Shown piece after piece: positions 32,701 through 38,064 of a stretch of 63,432 nucleotides of DNA. The position numbers and the translations under genes were made by a program. The stretch covers positions 1-63,432 of the forward strand of contig JAGGUZ010000015.1 in assembly GCA_021158225.1 (NCBI GenBank). Reading direction: 5' to 3'. This DNA comes from a bacterium (GTDB lineage Bacteria; Patescibacteriota; Gracilibacteria; UBA1369; PNNO01). Positions within the stretch are counted from its first letter, which is position 1; each line of letters begins with the position of its first letter. A model generated the notes under the pieces. The model saw nothing but the letters and a program-made list of their open reading frames with translations. It ran no database searches and was not told where the DNA came from.

Positions 32701-32825
32701 ATAGGAGGTGTTTGCGTTTGGGCAAATATAACAGGCGCGGTTAGAATTTGACCACCGAGTATAACCGAAATAAGTATTCCGGAGATAAGTTTTTGCAGTT
32801 TTATTTTAAGCTTTATTTTTTGCAT
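17724..32825 (-). CDS. giant mosaic cell-surface protein (5033 aa): SLH-anchored, Asp-repeat (TSP3-like), Ig-like, FG-GAP and PKD-like modules
   Basis: Single uninterrupted 15,102-nt ORF with Sec signal MQKIKLKIKLQKLISGILISVILGGQILTAPVIFAQ. Multiple recognisable extracellular modules are listed as sub-features below. Every ORF on other frames inside it is a short or low-complexity shadow. Confidence 0.9.
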   Translation of the reverse strand: MQKIKLKIKLQKLISGILISVILGGQILTAPVIFAQTQTPPIKNDPVKVTSIIAILVDESLINDNNPYEGLKTKYPADLPEQTLRERIYRFAKDTQLSDPFTRSVIIKVNKSQRPNKIAEALETLYFKGDKSINGKSRLDGIIIIGDVPLPVVSKNGFKFTSILPYIDFIHPVYVYNKATSNFEYNSDSLNPKIEAWHGVIKAPTEDLDTPESYAYYFDKNHLFHTGNSDFTIHDKKLLYADLIWEQEMYDKTLGKRYENHTKFLEDLAYKRFSKELLKKIIGTPSPEGDGIDDDMDGHIDEDLQDGIDNDGDGFIDEDGGKNLESLVNTDMFKGLPDAYSRNIVLSYTTKFNELYKNYLQKANDLIRGTGRYDSYDSIVSLIATKDLHTQEYLRMVNDAIERKIDAIVAPLQGTIPIINSVKLSGQVTFDDNSTANLTSWDFVNNNVKSYNDPNLGTYNTVYYYGKPATTLDSAQECTIFRGDSELNRLYDFDTKDDQANADKYGYCYSGNMITTDGDKIGTPDRCFPDIASKWIYDENGSMAKKDISKYALGIGGCYDFREKSRFNNYLAEVANYILALNSTNTEEQKAAIPLPGPKYRPNEDILLLANPSISFKDIFDIYGGFDGVDNDNDGEIDEPDEYNLNYKINSDDPYEIGLKILGNRKNHFIIQKPPFSNIKKIDLYITKTPTVFNQGINSLEFHKEPTPETIRHQLKKGTIDTLPIDDPRYVSFVDTNGVYHKIIYPNIFEAKDADDYEKKLKDMEDELINLPGANASNITGKLTGTIQSDETKYLNQVLDKTTHKMVDDTVWWKNASIDKKHLYVFKTYLDKQKDAYTGETKNGYEYFYFTADGTADKINFSVDKNPDVKDNDPDWLNPKGNLEGEEKEDSGSKAESEAIILPAWIAYLVKYLGDLAKLPKGLSFQPACSDGNNDIASFIEGLSEDDIKKALSDSDGNGIPDGAENTVNLSIKFQDDTNMILTGSIKPYEIIVSAMDDANKQNYFDSYTQVYFVISDSDSPKAEIYGSDHINLINGKAVFKINATDISGDFTVRAVSVNTQNNITSNILHLTSEAKKIKVLTYENQVFKAPTYDEEILQNYSVKDDQGNSIAEIDSQTGKITIKDTNYEVEVFESTASKPMRIAIVKIKSGDELASVSILPEKEESVVLEDSNVNLESVLSTLQGVHVQDVNSQDNITTYQDNANVYIVDNRGEYSKKIAKITDKGNVYLGDEFFLNVANQDKPNEPYLFVIEDATGHDIAKVAIGYRLGTIETHENLLGKILRSIKTAYAQSTQKDDTDKDSLTDIQEMILGTDRLNKDTDGDKFNDGEEIKYGYDPLKKDLRLFSDLDPQDPSYSAFTNLILRGIIKKAPDNSVHPNDNITREEFVQMVLGITCTNCSMFSDKTKESVDNLYNQNPFPDTNISDNYKYCVKEAKNSGVVSGYKGGTDTGYFKPEYFISRAEATKVILNAANINSDKYEDNGKPWYYKYVMTAKEKDIYPKQIPTKDFDKWIQAPITRAEFAMMVDKAMQTFDCYAMDNDSDGLPNNFEIYQYNTSPDSLDTDGGGMDDLSEIIRGKNPLDPSDDALVDDDEDGMTNEWEEKYGLDPYNPDDAKFDNDKDGLINSEEFKNKTDPLNPDTDSGGINDGDEVLLQATDPLSSNDDYIDNNLTAGINAFGNIVQDIAYRTITEGDNSQVENYIDNLPADGESKLFLVAEELDENGNIETDDSSSTIEFIIKDPSSTTIDIDQKLVKVDKGIALTQITSTHKAGLVNITARRVESPLPADIHQVFVEPLEPVQISVNPKSSVIKTDGLSKTPVEISLMDRYKNLVNNDFYEITVWTDGPGELDTSTDTQPDEDGIQLQSFEGLFNVDLYSTEEPGDITVHAKVDDIYNFNTVKSLPDIHLVLSANKEGLQENGEDLITITATAEDSNGETIEGFNQPITFSQSNDNVGNFVGEKSLNLENGSASIEFVSALQTGQLEISATVPGITPGILDIKTLANKPVTIKLNSAQKKFDASTQDPVEITARLYDKYGNFADNADETEIKFKITEATSNYAKIEGTDTINTEDGQAKAYILGNGNSGPVHITASSDNLVTGTLEIQATEIATGEDLIGDYPDVLYGTMLGGPYGDTTKNKYLAGELLFKGNVQAVTSMTVPAKINDPLTVITPYGGIDVTNEDQIKTTFIPSNQSGLPNRILVSTSDTQEDIAKIYYQYPSDLPIKILKNTNVLGNGIYIIPKTDDDNFDFKQTNNKTSITLNGIEVLSVHNNGDVDLTNNSFDISVAQTPGPFLVLNVTYLDSDIAKIIFAVNIQNDTTITNNDFKYQPELQYENGIYIKQLKPFSDYKVDSYITTSSTNDPKGALISTSLNQISSDKSPGFSYTSLEDIYDKQGVGFDGDNKHSLFFAAGNSVGESNIPYVSDAEITLGDPTVRLDNKQLASGSGFTKDIGKPLYSSNDTIKELMLADYNNDGLKDIVLAFEDGQVRLLEHQLSAQPYEDKGKLLDLANGIYSGAAADFNNDGYDDLLFSTKESCIGEEACIYIFENNNGVLNRVNVPLDVHDKISTIKIADVNNDNYPDIITAEFSGDIKVFYNENGQINPEGQLLGNVGLNIDMNKDLKEEVLINYAGMPTEIPYDPSDNTTLDDDFNFKTLKLNIGDPSTNPDVDSSLQNKLIGMGAKSEDFLTPVDVPFIFADADPIFGTSDSSKHAVDINGSSVALGDKVTYTITLTNTSTTDIDNIMISDVLPDSLELDKDSMKCLQCENNIQLIDTGLTLRPYVISGMSIPAGKSRIITYNASVISVPEIDLDLNKNYDTPFIKDEYPDIAVRPKENNSGKQLFFYSVSKDPDTGKITYGEYIADPVPPDSPPSPFDDTDSNNNGIPDQLEDIAKSQNEGDDDNDGIPNGWDDVNGSLDDIENIISNTIDKYICKGGAGCIPMPTNKAFLAPGKINNMGIVVGTDAGTPVFVFGPVGIFLSPTLTGSLGNSVCVAGACWSTVVPMLPPDTCNAIAGAVNSVIAKAGNVVSSINSATMLVGGGGGSSGSLSVSGRSDSGGLNGSSVLGKYQVSGSGKTNSRVPGFVNIIAGWFAKQLDEVVTKLADLPDLYVLYPDPNAFVSGVPPKAKFKNLFDVLTYINKLPIVEIEARPITFKIPSLSQAEIAKMQTKLKNWVANAKREVKKYKLKLPCNLNKLKNKSDSEILKQQTCVKLYANIDETIKSVEKNIQILEEYKKLPIKILEWREIETKYLLQVICYIDTIINYMGGYFKKQVQRIKGWTDLIKQIKKILQIWEEINKIMEQYMKGCDSCSSDRYSLFQNLITLITGVIPEIPIIPFPKLPDFYFDFSKVQLGYKIIWPDVTFKTESIILPDIPPLKLPDLPDLPEINIGVETGINLPKIPMLPELPNLPELPDLPPIPMPQLPDIPKPPKIPPIADSIKAVLSVIAKIIKLICMLKKAILPISQDNLKTHIEALSARPLSTVFPMDMSFKFQTPSISYPFVEKIKVTSKVDFRVETEKMYDIVNKIAEVWNSIVTDITNLPQKLPTPNLDKIESTVENGVVKGINKTADAITYNLANEYLNAIAKLQNIAKEQEEYIKTIPDSYNLIAKQTYISPENIKNRTINDIENSIMQEDFPNLMKNNKLIGLRSALIAYVKNQNSNKDINNIYKTSPLKHYLAKAEFASNTPYIPSPNRKLLAVNTNAISSDIVDEDTATGANTTPAIKGLYVYNADKGVNERILMYEGESSLENHAIITDIDEDTDEDIIYSYGGNVYLKENFKQPKNSKYTKRNTTAPSVYNLSEFIPKSPSVHGFGTNYDSGTSTDFSWNETNSGIIGGYEIVYKDSLNNIGKNTYTPSHKIEVLENANTQTTIGRVNNDIEITAVNGSFTVNGENTLYYGFGDSIETSSDPATQITITFSDSSQLILGPNSSISLPKYEPGNFEIIINEGTAEFKSNFFTNLFLQEGSKVVNENGKVKLEYKNGDLISLDTNSYFFASNNDKGLGYLENLNGDGTINTTPRQVISPGTRKTQIKKGDVIHMMEDSIIVITPPDKNKQTLALSKNVLMPISENYFDDLTLQVASGKVEIFDPKSEEKTEEKLEEGMLVNFGDYIEMTSGYTSVKFMNGAQTYLGPQDTLLMKELIDPNNPFVSLDTDEGNYYAQIYTFDENGNRSNPSETELLAPQLCSDKQPPYAQAGPSEKTVILYQTLRLDASSSFDTEGNITEYYLDNDPETDSNNDGEPMNDRDITNSDKTNPIFELGPFEEIGKKIVVLNAIDESLNDGKQVITINIVIPTITLDEASSHEKTITGSINPPAKDIPIALIREREGLSKQLITDEADKNGMYSTDKEGLFKVKNLKFEDTLILKNSDGDTVAEIDDKTGRITIIDNRYYVDVLEAVPPTMPTRLVVKEKSTETILLTILLIPDQNTDVVIDNQDTEYTTDSVVSFEGVHIKDKDTNDQFTIDNLPASDPNFTGASEIKDSSVDKRIAIVDAGGNIYFFVDNLDLQLKPSQENDPLVIEILYDGKVIAQTYIAINNGNSATITDRDALGLPPEANTMSDQDNDGMPDYFEFMYGFNARNPGDALKDSDKDGLSNLEEYRLKTNPLNNDSDGDGFTDSQEIAFGKDPTKKATSPFNDVNKDDPYYNSIINLSQKNILRGEFKDGVINFNPNGFISRKDFTDIILKMLCIIPRPESYKEPSLFSDIKYSKEDYYYSIIKEAVYQGFISGYIGEIDRATGLLPFKPDTSISRAEAVKIVLEALEKQKIISLRGITKTDDDPWYAPYIAVAQDLSPVLLKKSAVNKTYILTPEEAGNPNVKITRAEFVAIADRVLKAFDCYLIDDDNDGMPSVWELKNGLDPFAPSDATKDPDHEGLINIDEYRFGTNPFDPDTDHGGTNDKDEVEHGTNPVNFPADDPFDDDNDGLTTKDEIEIYKTDPYDPDTDNGGIMDGLEVSRGTDPLNQSDDLSNIDKDPRSGLGEGVYIVTPTCNSCPCISALDHKADLIPGDDFFAVIGTKDLSTIFAKSNQLKYEE
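17930..19735 (-). repeat. giant protein module B (C-proximal copy of a ~570-600-aa internal duplication): beta-rich region, TSP3-like repeats, SLH triplet (~18300-18930), TSP3-like repeats
   Basis: Colinear with module A. AEIDDKTGRITIIDNRYYVDV matches AEIDSQTGKITIKDTNYEVEV. Three SLH motifs end in ISRAEAVKIVLEAL and ITRAEFVAIADRVLKAFDCY. They are flanked by D-x-D-x-DG-x-x-D-x-x-E repeats (DSDGDGFTDSQE, DDDNDGLTTKDE, DPDTDNGGIMDGLE). Confidence 0.8.
22520..22730 (-). repeat. proline-rich LP(D/E/N)LP repeat tract within the giant protein
   Basis: Translated: PDIPPLKLPDLPDLPEINIGVETGINLPKIPMLPELPNLPELPDLPPIPMPQLPDIPKPPKIPP. The DNA shows the matching degenerate ccggaa/ggtaat periodicity. Confidence 0.85.
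23540..24040 (-). other. Gly/Ser/Val/Ala-rich, Cys-punctuated, almost uncharged hydrophobic segment in the centre of the giant protein
   Basis: ICKGGAGCIPMPTNKAFLAPGKINNMGIVVGTDAGTPVFVFGPVGIFLSPTLTGSLGNSVCVAGACWSTVVPMLPPDTCNAIAGAVNSVIAKAGNVVSSINSATMLVGGGGGSSGSLSVSG... It contains a run of about 39 aa without any charged residue. Confidence 0.8.
25040..25440 (-). other. three FG-GAP/VCBS-type repeats (integrin-alpha-like) in the giant protein
   Basis: ADYNNDGLKDIVLAFEDGQVRLL, AADFNNDGYDDLLFST and IADVNNDNYPDIITAEFSGDIKVFYN. A DUF11-like stretch GDKVTYTITLTNTSTTDIDNIMISDVLP follows at ~24560-24670. Confidence 0.75.
26510..27700 (-). repeat. array of about four bacterial Ig-like (Big_1/invasin-like) domains in the giant protein
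   Basis: ~90-aa units recur, each ending in patterns such as GLVNITARRVE, GDITVHAKVDD, GQLEISATVPG and GPVHITASSDNLVTGTLEIQA. Internal motifs such as PVEISLMDRYKNLV and PVEITARLYDKYGNF also recur. Confidence 0.7.
27840..29530 (-). repeat. giant protein module A (N-proximal copy of the internal duplication): beta-rich region, TSP3-like repeats, SLH triplet (~28215-28800), TSP3-like repeats
   Basis: The SLH-like motifs are FSDLDPQDPSYSAFTNLILRGII...ITREEFVQMVLGI, FPDTNISDNYKYCVKEAKNSGVVSGY...ISRAEATKVILNA and PWYYKYVMTA...ITRAEFAMMVDKAMQTFDCY. Flanking Asp repeats include DTDGDKFNDGEE, DNDKDGLINSEE and DPDTDSGGINDGDE. Confidence 0.8.
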
Positions 32826-32848
32826 GCAGTCCTTTTATTTGTCTATAT

Positions 32849-32859
32849 ATTTTAGCACA
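32849..32859 (-). promoter_or_regulatory. candidate extended -10 promoter (TGcTAAAAT) for the giant-protein operon
   Basis: The minus strand reads TGTGCTAAAAT about 24 nt upstream of the ATG at 32825, downstream of the pilin terminator. No convincing -35. Confidence 0.3.
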
Positions 32860-32983
32860 AATAAGCCAAAAAAGACAGATCAAGAGTCCGTATATATAAA
32901 ATAATATATTGCCAAATTTAGCAAATATTTAATGGCTTTTTATGGCGCAAATTAATCAATTCCGTTTTAGATATAATTTTTTA

Positions 32984-33028
32984 CATAAAAAAGTGGATTC
33001 TTCGTTCATGCAAGCGAAGAATCCACTT
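32984..33028 (-). terminator. rho-independent terminator after the pilin gene
   Basis: Perfect 14-bp stem AAGUGGAUUCUUCG/CGAAGAAUCCACUU with a 10-nt loop, followed by UUUUUUAU on the minus strand. It starts 16 nt after the pilin stop codon. Confidence 0.85.
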
Positions 33029-33043
33029 TAATAAATCTACGAA

Positions 33044-33568
33044 TTATTGAACAAGAATATAATAATCATTACCACTACCCGGATCTGGAGTTGTTGTGGC
33101 GCTTACATCCTTAGGGTTTACTTTAGTATTGTTATTGCCTGCTATTTCCATAACGGTTCCTATAACATATTCAGCGCTATCTACCGATCCTATATATTTA
33201 TAGTAATATTCTCCGTTCTTTACACAATCTCCCGGATCGGTTAATCCGGTTGCTATAGTTCGGCCGGCTCCCGATGGGTCTTTAGGAGCAATTCCACCGG
33301 AAAAATACGCTGTAAGTCCTGTATCAAATATTTTTCCTGTTCCGATGCATGTGCCATTTTTAGCATCAGTGCTGTTTGGATAATGTCCGTTATCGGAATT
33401 ATAAGCTTCCAATGCAGCTACAATTGAATTGATGTTTCCAAGTCTTGCGGCATCTCGACCACGCGCCGGTGCGTTAAGAATTGATGGCAGAAGTGCCGCA
33501 GAAAGCACACCGATGATTGCAATTACAATAAGTAATTCAATCAGAGTGAAACCTTTTTTGTTTCTCAT
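33044..33568 (-). CDS. type IV pilin (prepilin-type N-terminal cleavage/methylation domain)
   Basis: Class III signal MRNKKG|FTLIELLIVIAIIGVLSAALLP with Glu at +5. A C-terminal globular part carries one Cys pair (GTCIGTG...PGDCVKNG). Confidence 0.9.
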   Translation of the reverse strand: MRNKKGFTLIELLIVIAIIGVLSAALLPSILNAPARGRDAARLGNINSIVAALEAYNSDNGHYPNSTDAKNGTCIGTGKIFDTGLTAYFSGGIAPKDPSGAGRTIATGLTDPGDCVKNGEYYYKYIGSVDSAEYVIGTVMEIAGNNNTKVNPKDVSATTTPDPGSGNDYYILVQ

Positions 33569-33644
33569 GTGGAAAAGAGTTAAGAGATTAGATAATATTA
33601 ACCATTTATTAATTATACACTAAACATAACGAATATACCAGTTT

Positions 33645-34901
33645 TTACATATTACTGGCTACATCTGCCAATGACATTATAGGTAGCATAATAGCTGCTA
33701 CAAGTCCTCCTACGGCAAGTCCGACAAATACCATAATGATTGGTTCAATTATTTTTGTAAGACCTTTTACGGATTCATCAACTTGTTCATCATAAAAATC
33801 CGAAACTCGTTTACTAATGGTTTCTAATTGCGCTGTTTCCTCTCCGATTGCAATCATGTTTACGAACATAATAGGAAAGTAACTACTGTTTCTAAGTGTT
33901 TCTGCTAAAGGAATACCTCCTCTTATATCATCTCCGGCGAGTTTGATTTTTCGTTTGTATACCTCGTTATTCATTGCATTTGAAATAATGTTGAGGGACT
34001 GATTAATTGTTACCCCGGATCCCAGCAAATTTCCAAGAGTTCTTGCAAATTGAGCGAGTGTGGATTTCCGTATCAGCCCGCCGAAAATAGGTAAATGCAA
34101 AAGAAAAATATGCCATTGATATCGTCCATTTTTTGTTCGTTTCCAAAGAGTAAAGACTATTCCGAAAATTACGATTGCTCCAATAATTATATATGATTTT
34201 TCTCTCATAAAATTGCTCATTACTATAACAACCTTTGTTATTGTGGGCAACTTTGTCCCGGTTTGAATGAATAATTTGGTGATATTCGGAATAACCATTG
34301 TCATCATCAAAAACATAACCAAGAATAAAATTGCCAAAACAACTGTTGGATAAGTAAGAGCTCCTTTTACTTTAGATAAAGTTTGAGCGTTTTTCTCCGT
34401 TTGTTTGGCTAAATCTCGTAAAATATTGTTCAAATGTCCGGAAACTTCACCACTACGTATCATTCCTATTTCCGATTCGTTGAACACTTTTGGATGTTGT
34501 TCCATTGAACCGGATAAACTTTCCCCTTCTTCTATTTTTAGTGCCATATCCAATATAATCTTTGAAAATTTCGGATTTTTCTTATTTTGTTCGGATAGTG
34601 TTTGAAGTGACTTAATAATTGGGATTCCGGCATCTACCATTACCGCAAGAAGCCTAAAAAAAACGGCTTTCTCTTGCGTTTTAACTTTGTTTATGCTAAT
34701 AATCGCATTGTTCAGTTTTGCATATGTGTCAAAGAGAAAATTACCCGTATTTACAGTATTAGCTCCTTTTCTTAATTTAACTTTTTTTAAACTCTGTCCT
34801 ATGGATAGGACAATTCTTTCATCTTTGGAAAGTTTCGATTTTCCCTTTAGCTGAAAGGTTTCTCCAGTATCTTGTTGTGCAAAATCTTTAGCTTGTTTCA
34901 T
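33645..34901 (-). CDS. pilC: type IV pilus platform protein PilC (GspF family)
   Basis: 418 aa with duplicated GspF-type cytoplasmic domains separated by TM helices. Motifs include LSEQNKKNPKFSKIILDM...EGESLS and RGGIPLAETL...FPIMFVNMIAIGEETAQLE. Confidence 0.88.
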   Translation of the reverse strand: MKQAKDFAQQDTGETFQLKGKSKLSKDERIVLSIGQSLKKVKLRKGANTVNTGNFLFDTYAKLNNAIISINKVKTQEKAVFFRLLAVMVDAGIPIIKSLQTLSEQNKKNPKFSKIILDMALKIEEGESLSGSMEQHPKVFNESEIGMIRSGEVSGHLNNILRDLAKQTEKNAQTLSKVKGALTYPTVVLAILFLVMFLMMTMVIPNITKLFIQTGTKLPTITKVVIVMSNFMREKSYIIIGAIVIFGIVFTLWKRTKNGRYQWHIFLLHLPIFGGLIRKSTLAQFARTLGNLLGSGVTINQSLNIISNAMNNEVYKRKIKLAGDDIRGGIPLAETLRNSSYFPIMFVNMIAIGEETAQLETISKRVSDFYDEQVDESVKGLTKIIEPIIMVFVGLAVGGLVAAIMLPIMSLADVASNM

Positions 34902-34915
34902 AAAATATTAAAAAA

Positions 34916-36163
34916 TTAATCTTCCATTTTTCTTGACACTCTATATACCTCTTCTATTGTCGTAGTTCCTTTAAGAGCTTGAATAATACCTGCTTGTTCA
35001 AGTGTTACCATTCCTGATTGCATGGCTATATCTTCAATTTCAAGCGTATCGGCTCGTCTTAGAATAGCTTTACGCAGTTTATTATTCATTTTCATCACTT
35101 CATAAAGTCCTACTCTTCCTTTATAGCCCGTATTGTCGCATTGATCGCATCCTTTCCCTTTATAAAATTTCATGCCTTCTATGAGTGCAGGGTCTATATC
35201 TTCTCCGGGATGAATTTTTTTTGCTACGGTTTTTATATGTTCAACAAGTTCCGGATCAACATGGTCTTCAACTTTACAGTGTTCACATATTCTGCGTACC
35301 AAACGTTGAGCAATAACGCATTCGATTGTGGAAGCCATTAAGAATGGTTGTACGCCCATATTATCTATACGTGTAAGTGTCTCAACGGCACTGTTTGTGT
35401 GAATGGTTGAAAGTACAAGATGTCCTGTAAGCGAAGCTTCAATGGCAGTATCAACGGTTTCTTTATCACGAATCTCACCTACCATTATAATGTCTGGATC
35501 TTGACGAAGACCGGTACGCATACCGAATGCGAAAGTATAATTGATATCCGGATGTACCTGACTTTGATTTAATCCATCTACTTGAATTTCAACGGGATCT
35601 TCAATTGTCATTATATTTACATCTATTTTATTCAAACGATTAAGACATGAGTAAAGAGTTGTTGTTTTCCCGGAACCGGTAGGTCCTGTGTTTAAAATAA
35701 TTCCGTTTGGAGCTTTAATTGCGGATTCAATTGCTTTAAGACTGTTGCCTTCAAGTCCGAGTGCGGGTAAATCAGGGATTTTTCTTGATTTATCTTGAAT
35801 ACGCATTACAATCTTTTCCCCGTTTACTGTTGGCAGAGTGGAAATACGAAGATCCATTTCTCTGCCGTCTCTTGTTGTTACCGTGCTTCTTCCATCTTGG
35901 GGGATGCGTTGTTCGTCAATCTTTAAATTCGACATAATTTTAATTCTTGAAACAACCGCTGGATGAATATTGGTTGGGTATTCAACAATCTTTCGACATA
36001 CGCCGTCAATTCTGTATCTTATGCGTACTGTATTTTCCAGTGGCTCTATATGAATATCACTGGAGCGCAAATCAAGTGCATAGCTAATTGTGTTAAGCAC
36101 TAATTGCGGAATATTTCCTCCTAAGATCGCATTTTGTAATAATTGTAATTTTTCTGCCGGCAT
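34916..36163 (-). CDS. pilB: type IV pilus assembly ATPase PilB/GspE family (short form)
   Basis: Walker A GPTGSGKTTTLYS, Asp box, Walker B IIMVGEIRD, His box LVLSTIHTNSA, and the PilB/GspE-type tetracysteine CEHC...CDQC. The long N-terminal GSPII domain is absent. Confidence 0.9.
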   Translation of the reverse strand: MPAEKLQLLQNAILGGNIPQLVLNTISYALDLRSSDIHIEPLENTVRIRYRIDGVCRKIVEYPTNIHPAVVSRIKIMSNLKIDEQRIPQDGRSTVTTRDGREMDLRISTLPTVNGEKIVMRIQDKSRKIPDLPALGLEGNSLKAIESAIKAPNGIILNTGPTGSGKTTTLYSCLNRLNKIDVNIMTIEDPVEIQVDGLNQSQVHPDINYTFAFGMRTGLRQDPDIIMVGEIRDKETVDTAIEASLTGHLVLSTIHTNSAVETLTRIDNMGVQPFLMASTIECVIAQRLVRRICEHCKVEDHVDPELVEHIKTVAKKIHPGEDIDPALIEGMKFYKGKGCDQCDNTGYKGRVGLYEVMKMNNKLRKAILRRADTLEIEDIAMQSGMVTLEQAGIIQALKGTTTIEEVYRVSRKMED

Positions 36164-36179
36164 AAATTTATAAAGTTGA

Positions 36180-36815
36180 TTAACTTTTGATCTTAAAATA
36201 TGAATTCATTGCAACATTAAAATTTATCTCGTCTTTTCCGCTTGTGTTTTTTTGCGTTCCTTCAGGCGCTACAAAATTTATAACAATGGATTTAATATTT
36301 AAAAGTCTTGTTTTGTCGGTTAAAGTTCCGCTGTTTTCTATGTATTCCAAAAATTTTATAAAATTATCGTGTGAACTGTGAATTGTCATTGTAAATGGCA
36401 AAATCATTAAACTTTCATCTTCAGATTTAACTGGCTTTAAATACTGAAGATTACTGATTATAAAAGGATCTTTTGTTCTGTTTAAGTTGTTGGAAAATGA
36501 TTCTAAAGTTCTTGTTAAAAGTGTGTGTTTCTCTGTTTCCGGGAAAACATAATCGACTTCATCGGCAATTGCTTTCATAAGATCTTCATTTTCGGTTTTG
36601 GTTTTATTTACTTCATCATCAAGGCGTTTATCTGTTGTTGTAAGTGCGCCGTGCAGATTTTTAAGGGATGCAGTTTCATTTTTTATCTCTATGTAAGTTG
36701 TAATATTCGTGTATAAGTAATATGCAAGAAAAACTGCAACGATTATTGCAAGTCCGCTAAATATTTTTAATTGGAGTCCTTTATTGTTTTTTATCGATTT
36801 TTTTCCTTTTTTCAT
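36180..36815 (-). CDS. PilO-like bitopic pilus alignment protein
   Basis: Basic N-terminus, one TM (IFSGLAIIVAVFLAYYLY) and a coiled-coil. A C-terminal segment ILPFTMTIHSSHDNFIKFLEYIENSG...RLLNIKSIVINF follows the PilO pattern. It sits directly upstream of pilB. Confidence 0.5.
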   Translation of the reverse strand: MKKGKKSIKNNKGLQLKIFSGLAIIVAVFLAYYLYTNITTYIEIKNETASLKNLHGALTTTDKRLDDEVNKTKTENEDLMKAIADEVDYVFPETEKHTLLTRTLESFSNNLNRTKDPFIISNLQYLKPVKSEDESLMILPFTMTIHSSHDNFIKFLEYIENSGTLTDKTRLLNIKSIVINFVAPEGTQKNTSGKDEINFNVAMNSYFKIKS

Positions 36816-36823
36816 GGTTGTTT

Positions 36824-38026
36824 TTAAGTTATGGCATAGTTGTCTTCAAGCGAAAGCTCTATGCGGAAAGGGGAAGTGTAACCTGTTTTTTCCGATCCCG
36901 ATTTTGGATAAGTTCGATTGTCAACATCTTTAAATAAGGAAGAATCTTCCAGTGCATCTATTAAATTCACGATTAAAGTAAAAGTGGTTCCATCATCGCG
37001 TTTTGCGTGACCTGTAAGGATAATTCTGTTTGTCTCGGCATCAAAATCAAAATTTGAATACTTAATTCCTCCGAGTTCATCAAAGAATCCAGTATTATAC
37101 AATGTATCAATATTTTTTGTTACCCGTTCGATTTCTTTAATTATGATCGACCATTGAATTCTTTTTAATTTCAGGTCGCTTATCACACTGAAATCATTTT
37201 TTAGATTAGCAAGAACAGTCTGTGTAAGAGCAAAAAGCTTTGTGTCGTCTCGAGGGAGATCATTCTTTATATCGCTGGTGTTATATTGAAAAATTGTTCC
37301 AAGTTTGTTGTTTTCTATAAGATGCAAAGCGGTTGTGTAGTTTTTTATTTCAGCATTTACAGAAGGACTTCTTGTCTCTTTTTTAAGTTGATTGATTTCA
37401 TTTCTAAATACATTTTTTAGTTGTACTTTAAAAGTATTTTCGGGTATAGTTCCGGCTACAATAGGTTCTTTCCATTTTGTTAAAGCATTCTCATATGTAA
37501 GTATGATGTCATCTTGAACAGTTTTTTTGGTTTTCAAATTTGATGTGGATTTTCGTATCTTTGCATATCCATCTGACAAATAACTTAGTTTCTGCAGATA
37601 GTAGCTCATCAGCAAATAATTTTTTTGATTGATTGATGTTTGAGTCGTAATGACTGAATTTTTAATATTATTGAGTTGTTGTATGGTATTTGGGCCTCTT
37701 ACACTTGAGAGTAGGTCAAATTTCGGATTAAGTTCCGAATAGAAAAAGGTAACTGCCAAAAGTAAAGCTCCAACAAGCGATCCAAGGACTATTTTTACTA
37801 TCTTTAGATTTCTTGCTCTTGGATCAAATGAGCCAATGAGGTTCTTTTCAAGTTCCGGCACCGAACCGAGTATGTTTTCTTTACTTGATTTGTCTTCTTT
37901 TGCAAACACACCCGAGAGGACTTTACTATCATCATCCTCTTTTTTTTTGTCCTGCTTATCGAAAATATTAGTATATAAATTTTCTTCTTTTTTTGCAGGT
38001 TTTTTCTTGATATCAAAAAGTGGCAT
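36824..38026 (-). CDS. bitopic membrane protein, PilN-like C-terminus (putative pilus alignment component)
   Basis: ~75-aa Lys/Asp-rich cytoplasmic N-terminus, one TM (IVKIVLGSLVGALLLAVTFFY) and a ~300-aa external domain ending IILTGHAKRDDGTTFTLIVNLIDALEDSSLFKDVD. First gene of the pilus unit. Confidence 0.35.
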   Translation of the reverse strand: MPLFDIKKKPAKKEENLYTNIFDKQDKKKEDDDSKVLSGVFAKEDKSSKENILGSVPELEKNLIGSFDPRARNLKIVKIVLGSLVGALLLAVTFFYSELNPKFDLLSSVRGPNTIQQLNNIKNSVITTQTSINQKNYLLMSYYLQKLSYLSDGYAKIRKSTSNLKTKKTVQDDIILTYENALTKWKEPIVAGTIPENTFKVQLKNVFRNEINQLKKETRSPSVNAEIKNYTTALHLIENNKLGTIFQYNTSDIKNDLPRDDTKLFALTQTVLANLKNDFSVISDLKLKRIQWSIIIKEIERVTKNIDTLYNTGFFDELGGIKYSNFDFDAETNRIILTGHAKRDDGTTFTLIVNLIDALEDSSLFKDVDNRTYPKSGSEKTGYTSPFRIELSLEDNYAIT

Positions 38027-38064
38027 TTGTTTTGTTTTTTATTTTGCTTTTTTTATTTCCTTTA

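Noticed and set aside
37940-37948. A9 homopolymer (KKK codons) early in the first pilus gene, and an A8 tract at 4084-4091, as phase-variation switches
   Set aside because: The genome is AT-rich and Lys-rich, so such runs are expected by composition. There is no evidence of length heterogeneity from a single sequence.
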